64,000 bases of DNA. Origin: Terriglobia bacterium. Lineage in GTDB: Bacteria > Acidobacteriota > Terriglobia > 20CM-2-55-15. A program made the position numbers and the translations under genes. Below the pieces are notes generated by a model, which was given only the letters and a program-made list of their open reading frames with translations, was not told the DNA's origin and ran no database searches. Shown one piece after another: positions 57,579-64,000 of the stretch (position 1 is the stretch's first letter; each line of letters opens with the position of its first letter). Where the stretch lies: positions 448,001-512,000 of the forward strand of contig CBDAOY010000007.1 in the NCBI GenBank assembly GCA_965198225.1. The letters run 5' to 3'.

Positions 57579-57728
57579 GCTTCCTCTGATTCTACCCAAA
57601 AAGATTCGAAATCTCTTGGATAGGCGATCAACCATCAGCTTTCCCCATTAGCTCGAACTGGATGGGACCATCGTACCGTCTTCTGAAGTGGCCGAAGGCT
57701 GAACGCCCCCCACTTCCTTACCCCCTTC

Positions 57729-57784
57729 TCCTGTTGACAGCCGAAAGGAGCGAACTGTATTGTCCTTTTGGTAGCCAAAAGGAG
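57729..57784 (+). promoter_or_regulatory. Sigma70-like promoter overlapped by two related palindromes (putative PadR operators)
   Basis: TTGACA (57734)-N18-TATTGT (57758); TCCTGTTGACAGCCGAAAGGAG and TCCTTTTGGTAGCCAAAAGGAG. Confidence 0.65.
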
Positions 57785-57789
57785 TCTCG

Positions 57790-58128
57790 ATGAGCGGATC
57801 GAAAGCGGACATCCTGCAGGGTACGCTTGACCTGATGGTCCTGAAAACGCTCGACACGATGGGCCCGATGCACGGTTGGGGAATCGCGCAACGTATCCAA
57901 CAGGTCTCGGAGGACACGCTCTACCTCAACCAGGGAACCCTGTACCCGGCGCTGCTTCGCCTGATGCAGAAAGGCTGGATCTCCGCGAAGTGGGGGACGT
58001 CGGATAACAACCGGCGAGCCCGCTTCTATTCGTTGACCGGAAGGGGCCGGAAGCAACTCGCGATCGAGACCGAGAACTGGGAACGGATGACGTCGATCAT
58101 GGCGCGCCTTCTCGAAGCTGCGGAGTAG
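57790..58128 (+). CDS. PadR family regulator (acidobacterial type)
   Basis: LQGTLDLMVLKTL..GPMHGWGIA, GTLYPAL, WGTSDNNRRARFYSLT. Confidence 0.95.
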   Translation: MSGSKADILQGTLDLMVLKTLDTMGPMHGWGIAQRIQQVSEDTLYLNQGTLYPALLRLMQKGWISAKWGTSDNNRRARFYSLTGRGRKQLAIETENWERMTSIMARLLEAAE

Positions 58129-58166
58129 CGATCAGAACAACCCGACAGGCGCCTCTGTCCGGATTC

Positions 58167-58616
58167 TCAGGAGATAACTACGCCCGTGCCGACCGCGATG
58201 AGTTCGTCGATGTCGTTGTGCAGTTCGATACGGGCCACGGCAATCTTGCTGCCCGTGCGGAGGATGTGCCCGGTTGCGATGAACCACTTCCCGGTGCCGG
58301 GCCGAAGATAGTCGACCCGAAGATCGATCGTCCCGAGTTTGCCGAACTGCTCGATCCGAGTCTCGATCGGCTCGTCTGCGAGACGTTCCTGAACCCCGAG
58401 AAAGGCTGTGAGACCTCCAGTCGCGTCCAGGACCGCGGAGATCACTCCGCCGTGCAGTGTTTCCCGGACGTAGTTGCCGATCAGCTCCGGTCGCATGTCG
58501 AAGCGCACCGTGGGTCGGCCTTCCCGTATGGAGTCCACTCGCGCTCCCAGGACCTTGTTGAACGGGATGCGCTCCCTGAACACATTCTCGATCGTCGATA
58601 TCAGTTCCGGTGTCAT
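58167..58616 (-). CDS. Hot-dog fold thioesterase (PaaI/YigI-like)
   Basis: IPFNKVLG, LHGGVISAVLD, TIDLRVDYLRPG. Confidence 0.9.
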   Translation of the reverse strand: MTPELISTIENVFRERIPFNKVLGARVDSIREGRPTVRFDMRPELIGNYVRETLHGGVISAVLDATGGLTAFLGVQERLADEPIETRIEQFGKLGTIDLRVDYLRPGTGKWFIATGHILRTGSKIAVARIELHNDIDELIAVGTGVVIS

Positions 58617-58729
58617 GATTGCTTCCTTCCGGGCCCTGAGTGTATGGCGAATGGAGGGTATGGTCAAAGGCCTCGGATCGGCTGAATATGGTTTAATGTG
58701 TCCATCCCATCGCAGAGAAGGCCTCGAGA

Positions 58730-59665
58730 ATGCTGCAGACGACCGCACTCCTGTTCCTGTTGGTTGTTCAGACACCGCATTTCCGCCTCGTCGGTCAGGT
58801 CGAAGTGGAGGCCAGGCACCAGGGTGGGCGCGCCATACTGGAAACCCCCGAGGGCACGACGGTCATCCGGGTGGATGTCGACCGGGCCGGGGAGTTCGAA
58901 TTTCGGAATGTGCGCCCCGGCTCCTACTGGATGACAGTCGGTCTGACCGGGTTCCGGGACATTCGCCGATCGGTCGAAGTCCGGCCTTCCCTCGCCGATA
59001 GCGATGGCCGGATTTCGGTCCGGGTCGAGCTCCCCCCCGACGCCCGCGACCTGTCGCAGCAGACGGTGACTGTCGGTCAACTGGAGATTCCATCCGAGGC
59101 GATCCGGGAGTTCCTTCGCGCCAGAGATGCCGGCGGCGATACCGAGAAGGTCCGGGAACACCTCGAGCGCGCGATCGAGATTGCGCCCAACTTCGCAGAG
59201 GCTCTCAACAACCTCGGCACCACCTACCACCGGGACGGCGATTACTCGCGTTCCATCGAGTTGTTCCAACGTGCACTCGCCGCCGACCCGGAGTCGTTCC
59301 AGGCACAGGTCAACCTGGGTGGATCGTTGCTTGCCGACGTTCAGCTGGAGCGAGCACTGGAGGAGAACCGTCGGGCACTCGATCTTCGATCCGACAGCAG
59401 CCTCGCGAACTCGCAGATGGGAATGACGCTGTTCTTTCTGCGGCGCGATCAAGAAGCGATTCCGTACTTCGAGAAGGTCAAGCAACTGGATCGGTTTTCT
59501 CTGAATACTCCCGAACTCTTCCTCTCCGGCATCTACCTGCGAAACGGCGACCCCGAACGTGCCGCCGACGAACTGGAGGAGTTCCTGGAAAAGTTACCCG
59601 ACCACCCGCAGGCGCCGAGCGCCCGAGAGCGCCTGCGACTCCTCCGACCGGGCCCCGGATATTGA
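58730..59665 (+). CDS. Carboxypeptidase-like domain + TPR protein
   Basis: GEFEFRNVRPGSY; AIEIAPNFAEALNNLG and further TPRs. Confidence 0.85.
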   Translation: MLQTTALLFLLVVQTPHFRLVGQVEVEARHQGGRAILETPEGTTVIRVDVDRAGEFEFRNVRPGSYWMTVGLTGFRDIRRSVEVRPSLADSDGRISVRVELPPDARDLSQQTVTVGQLEIPSEAIREFLRARDAGGDTEKVREHLERAIEIAPNFAEALNNLGTTYHRDGDYSRSIELFQRALAADPESFQAQVNLGGSLLADVQLERALEENRRALDLRSDSSLANSQMGMTLFFLRRDQEAIPYFEKVKQLDRFSLNTPELFLSGIYLRNGDPERAADELEEFLEKLPDHPQAPSARERLRLLRPGPGY

Positions 59666-60845
59666 GTGTGGGTGCGCTCTACATGAGCGCACATCGTTTC
59701 GGCTCGAAGAATGTGCGGTCATAGACCGCCCCTACACGGGTCGAGGGGGGAAGGGGACCAAGTCGCGGCGGATTTCAAACCTGAAATCTGCAATGAGCAA
59801 CCTGCAGTGTGGATTCTTTCAAATGTCGCAATTTGCGATCGTACAGAAAGAGAGAGTTCCGTCTAATCGCAGATTTGTTAATGCACAAATCCGCATTGGA
59901 AGTTGGAGATTGAAAATTGCTGCATTTCTCATCGGTTCGAATCTGATGGCCCTAAAGATCAAGTGTGGGTGCGCTCTATGAGCGCACATCGTTTCGGCTC
60001 GAAGAATGTGCGGTCATAGACCGCCTCTACACGGGTCGAGGGGGGGGGAAGGGGACCAAGCCGCGGCGGATTTCAAACCTGAAATCTGCAATGAGCAACC
60101 TGCAATGTGGATTCTTTCAAATATCGCAATTTGCGATCGTACGGAAAGAGAGAGTCCCGTCCGATCGCAGATTTGTTAATGCACAAATCCGCATTGGAAG
60201 TTGGAGATTGGAAACTGCTGCATTTCTCCATCGGTCCGGATCTGATGGCCCTAAAGATCAAGTGTAGGTGCGCTCTATGAGCGCATATCGTTTTCGGCTC
60301 GAAGAATGTGCGGTCATAGACCGCCCCTACACGGGTCGAGGGAGAAAGGGATCAAGCCGCGGCGGATTTCAAACCTGAAATCTGCAATGAGCAACCTGCA
60401 ATGTGGATTCTTTCAAATATCGCAATTTGCGATCGTACGGAAAGAGAGTCCCGTCCGATCGCAGATTTGTTAATGCACAAATCCGCATTGGAAGTTGGAG
60501 ATTGGAAACTGCTGCATTTCTCATCGGTTCGAAATCTGATGGCCCTAAAGATCAAGTGTAGGTGCGCTCTACATGAGCGCACATCGTTTCGGCTCGAAGA
60601 ATGTGCGGTCATAGACCGCCCCTACACGGGTCGAGGGGAGGAAGGGGACCAAGCCGCGGCGGATTTCAAACCTGAAATCTGCAATGAGCAACCTGCGGTG
60701 TGGATTCTTTCAAATATCGCAATTTGCGATCGTACGGAAAGAGAGTCCCGTCCGATCGCAGATTTGTTAATGCACAAATCCGCATTGGAAGTTGGAGATT
60801 GAAAATTGCTGCATTTCTCATCGGTTCGAAGTCTGATAGCCCTAA
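59665..60845. repeat. Tandem array of four ~297-bp units (REPIN + long imperfect hairpin)
   Basis: Units start at 59665, 59962, 60261 and 60555 (297, 299, 294 and ~291 bp), near-identical and more AT-rich than the flanks. Confidence 0.95.
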
Positions 60846-62226
60846 TTGATAGTCCCCCCACTGACAGCGTCCACGACCGCTGCAATCACTCTGGTCAGGT
60901 GCCCTCCCGGCGTACCTCGCGGGGTGTAGCCCTGGCGGACGATGACCAGGTCGTGAGAGGGGATGACCGTCGTCCGTTGTCCCATCGCCCCGGAAGCCCA
61001 GTAGGCATCTTCGGGTAACTGGTACTGAGCCACCAGAAAGCGCCGTATCGCCCTTCCGAAGCCGGTGCCGGGGTCGTCACGAAATCCACCCAGCCCTCCG
61101 GCAGGATTCGCTCGCCCAGCCACTCACCGTCCCACAAGTGGAGCAGTCCAAGGCGTGCCCAGTCGCGCGCCGTTCCGTAGTCGTAGCCCGTCAGCAGGAA
61201 GTTACCGTATGGATCCGGCTCGAGAACCATGCTGCGCATGCCGATCTTGTCGAACAGCTCTCGCTGCGGAAACGTGAGGTAATTCTCGCCTCGCGCCTCG
61301 ACCGTGTCTCGGATGATCTTGCCGATCGTCAGCGGGTCACAGTTGAGGTATTGCCAAACCGTGTTGGGGGGGTGTTCGGCCGGCCGGGTGATCGACCATT
61401 CGAAGGCGTCGATCGCCCCGCTGTAGATGTAGAAGTGGTCGCTTTTCTTCTCGAAGAAGTCATCGCCCCGCAGGTACTTGAAGTTCAGGCCGCCGCTCAT
61501 GTGGAGGAGATCCTCAATCCGAATCTGGCTTCTGGGATCGTCCGGATCGCGCCATTCCGCTATCGGGGCCAGATCCGACACTTTGTGGTGACCGTCTCGA
61601 ACGAGCAGGGCGAACAGGGTTGCGGTTATGCTCTTGCCCATCGACCAGCTGACGTTGCGAGTGTCCTTATCGAAGCCCGGGGCGTATCGCTCGGCGATGA
61701 TGTTGCCTTTGTGGACGACCAGGAAGGACCTTGTTTTTCCGCCCTCGGGCTCGAATGCCATGTCGACGGCTGCTTTGAGCGCTTCCCGATCCACCAGCGG
61801 GTCGATTGGATCGTTTGGCAGAACGTCGCCCATCGGCCATCGCTGCGTGGTCGGATCGGGAAGGCTTGAAACCACGTCGACCGGCGTGAAGAAGATTCCA
61901 TCCTCGCCGTCGGGTATGATCGAGCAGCCCTGGTCGCCGTTGTACATCGCTTGTTTGCGAACGCGGCCGTCGTCGAGCCACAGCTCGACCCTCTTGGCTT
62001 CGCGATCGACATGGATCTTGACGCGATCGGTCCCGATGATCGGAGGGAAATCGTCGTTCCTCGCGTACTCGCGGGCGTCGCGACCGACGACGAACTCGGC
62101 TGAGCAGAGCACCTTCGCCCCCACAGCGAGCTCGAGTTCATCAGCGGTCTGGGCGTGCAGGGGGCTCGAGACTGCCACCGCGATCGCGGTCAGACCGACC
62201 AGAATCCGTCGTGTTGGATCGTTCAT
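60842..62226 (-). pseudogene. Secreted serine hydrolase (AmpC/NylB-like) with a frameshift near 61030
   Basis: SWSMGKS, LLHMSGG, ARDWARLG.L.L, YGAFWWL; expected tail LPEDAYWASGAMGQRTTVIPSHDLVIVR lies in another frame (60842-61123 ORF). Confidence 0.82.
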
Positions 62227-62451
62227 GTTTTACCCCGCTGGTTTCTTTCCCAGGAGCGAACGTTTTCAGCCTAGTGCGAGAATTCGGAGACAGCTTACTG
62301 AAGAAGAACAGGGTGGTCAAACCGGACACGGTGGAGGACCCGGCGGACCGGGCGGAATGGGAACACTTTCAGGGGATTTGCGCTTGAGTTATTCTGGGTG
62401 AGCCCTTTGACCCTGCCGCTTTGATAGTGAGGCGAGGGGGGACACCTACCA

Positions 62452-62610
62452 ATGACGACCCTGTTGGTACTCGCTTTCGGTTTCCTGCTGCTGGCGTTTT
62501 TTTACGGTCTGTACAGACTGTGGCGTGTGCACCGGCGGGCGCAGGCGCGCGAGAAGCAGCTGGCGCTACGGATGATGCAGGAGACCTGGTCGCGATCCGA
62601 AGACGAGTGA
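62452..62610 (+). CDS. 52-aa single-pass membrane protein (below the ORF-track cutoff)
   Basis: GAGGGGG RBS; MTTLLVLAFGFLLLAFFYGLYRLWRVHRRAQAREKQLALRMMQETWSRSEDE*. Confidence 0.6.
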   Translation: MTTLLVLAFGFLLLAFFYGLYRLWRVHRRAQAREKQLALRMMQETWSRSEDE

Positions 62611-62650
62611 GCGCGGGGTCAGTCCCCAGACGATGGGCCGATGCAGGTCC

Positions 62651-63391
62651 CTAGACGACAAGCCCGCCGTCGACCCGGAGCACGGATCCGTTGACGTAGC
62701 TGGATTCGTCGGACGCCAGAAACAGGTACGCGTTGGCGACCTCTGCCGCGGTTCCCATCCGGCCGAGAGGCGTTTTCTCGATAACCCCGTGAAGAACGTC
62801 CTCCGGCACGGCTCGCGCCATTTCGGTGTCGATGAAGCCCGGTGCGACGGCGTTCACGGTGATGCCTTTGGGGCCGAGTTCACGCGCCCAGACCTGAGTC
62901 ATACCGATGACGCCGGCCTTGGCCGCGACGTAGTTCGTCTGACCGAAGTTGCCATGGTGTGCGACGACCGAGGCCGCGTTGATGATGCGCCCTGATCCCT
63001 GTTCGATCATCCCGGGGGCAACGGCCTGGGTGCAGTTGAAGACACCCTTGAGGTTGGTGTCGATCACCCGGTCCCACTCCGATTCGGTCATCTTCACCAG
63101 GCGGGCATCGGCCGTGATTCCGGCATTGTTGATGAGGATGTCCACTTTCTGGAATCGGTCCCGAACATCCTGAACCGCATGTTCGACCGCCGTGCGATCC
63201 CGAACGTCGGTCCTGGCAAAGTAGCAGTCGGCTTCGCTTTCACGGATGCCGGATTCGACCCTACGGCCTGCCCCTTCATCCAGATCCCACAGGACGACGC
63301 GTGCCCCCTCGTCGGCGAACCGCCGGGCCGTTGCCGCCCCGATTCCGTTCGCCGCACCGGTGATGACCGCCGCTTTACCCTGGAGTCTCAT
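62651..63391 (-). CDS. fabG: 3-oxoacyl-ACP reductase-like SDR
   Basis: TGAANGIG, NNAGITAD, GNFGQTNYVAAK, VAPGFIDT. Confidence 0.85.
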   Translation of the reverse strand: MRLQGKAAVITGAANGIGAATARRFADEGARVVLWDLDEGAGRRVESGIRESEADCYFARTDVRDRTAVEHAVQDVRDRFQKVDILINNAGITADARLVKMTESEWDRVIDTNLKGVFNCTQAVAPGMIEQGSGRIINAASVVAHHGNFGQTNYVAAKAGVIGMTQVWARELGPKGITVNAVAPGFIDTEMARAVPEDVLHGVIEKTPLGRMGTAAEVANAYLFLASDESSYVNGSVLRVDGGLVV

Positions 63392-63418
63392 TCACCTCAG
63401 GAAACTGACTACTAACAA

Positions 63419-64000
63419 CTACTGCCCCCCCGCTTCCGCTCCCCGCTGTACGTAGATCTCGCGCGCCTGCCGGAATTGTGCCAGGACGTGTTCCCGTTCC
63501 CGATCCGAGCGCCATCCCGAATGGTCGACGGCCATCTCGGTGAGTTTGTCGATCCAGCGGACGAAATAATCTGCGGAGACTTTGTTGCGGATCGGCTCGT
63601 CGCCGACGTAGACGTAGACTGGGTTTGTCGTCGCCATCGGCAGTCTCTGTTCGATGGGATGGGAGCGTCCGCTCCCGCCAGCCTGCAGCGTGTACCAACC
63701 GCTTCCGGCGACCGTGATTTCAAGCTCGAACTCGTCGTGCCGCGGGTCGGCTGTCAGTGAGATGCGCTCGATGACCTCTCCATTGCGAACGATTTCGAGT
63801 CGATCGAGTGGGACGATCGAATCGAGGGTCCCGCGCAGGACGATAGTCTCGTCAGCGTGCTCGAGCCGGACCTCATCCCCCGGCATCGCCTGGTTGATAG
63901 TGAACTCCAGAATCGGACCGTTGGTGACGAAGCCCCTGCCTTTGAGCAGTGCCTGCATGTAGTTGTCCCAGCTCAAGTTGCCGACGCCCAGATGGAAGTA
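63419..64000 (-). CDS. C-terminal part of a CehA/McbA-like (PHP-fold) metallohydrolase; starts beyond the window
   Basis: GRGFVTNGP, EIVRNGEV, SGWY, ATTNPVYV tail typical of these proteins. Confidence 0.7.
   Translation of the reverse strand, partial: YFHLGVGNLSWDNYMQALLKGRGFVTNGPILEFTINQAMPGDEVRLEHADETIVLRGTLDSIVPLDRLEIVRNGEVIERISLTADPRHDEFELEITVAGSGWYTLQAGGSGRSHPIEQRLPMATTNPVYVYVGDEPIRNKVSADYFVRWIDKLTEMAVDHSGWRSDREREHVLAQFRQAREIYVQRGAEAGGQ

Noticed and set aside
59665-60845. CRISPR array
   Set aside because: Units are ~297 bp and near-identical throughout, with no unique spacers and no cas genes.
59559-60885. Repeat-protein ORFs in the tandem array
   Set aside because: Unit 1 is open for 99 codons, but indels between units are not multiples of three and there is no RBS or start; better explained as non-coding.
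62326-62400. Pro-rich peptide SVPIPPGPPGPPPCPV on the minus strand as a RiPP precursor
   Set aside because: An in-frame stop lies just upstream, there is no start codon, and no modifying enzymes are nearby.

Overview
A GC-rich bacterial chromosomal window, most likely Acidobacteriota. This is inferred from the acidobacterial-type TonB receptor, the duplicated orphan ABC permease, the acidobacterial PadR and the carboxypeptidase-like/TPR proteins. Housekeeping genes (serS, htpG, queC/queE, DinG/YoaA helicase, der, merR-tRNA-Pro-surE, fabG-like SDR) are mixed with many secreted hydrolases. At 1-7.7 kb, two cytochrome c/ankyrin/prenyltransferase-repeat paralogues flank a PQQ dehydrogenase with a lanthanide-type DxD motif and a TonB receptor. 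An IS1634-type element splits an M42 peptidase. Downstream of tRNA-Pro(CGG) there is a stack of mobile elements: a group IIC intron, an IS256 interrupted by an IS21-type element, and an IS6. Decayed cargo follows (truncated HYR protein, cupin relic, orphan flagellin pseudogene with a sigma28-like promoter). The non-coding DNA is unusually rich. It holds GTAG-type REPIN doublets and a 4 x ~297 bp tandem array of a REPIN fused to a long hairpin (59665-60845). It also holds a GTTACAGG(C/T)CACTAG motif sitting at stop codons, other dispersed repeats, and several duplications whose junctions are patchworks of downstream sequence. All calls come from reading the sequence and recalled family motifs; no searches were run.
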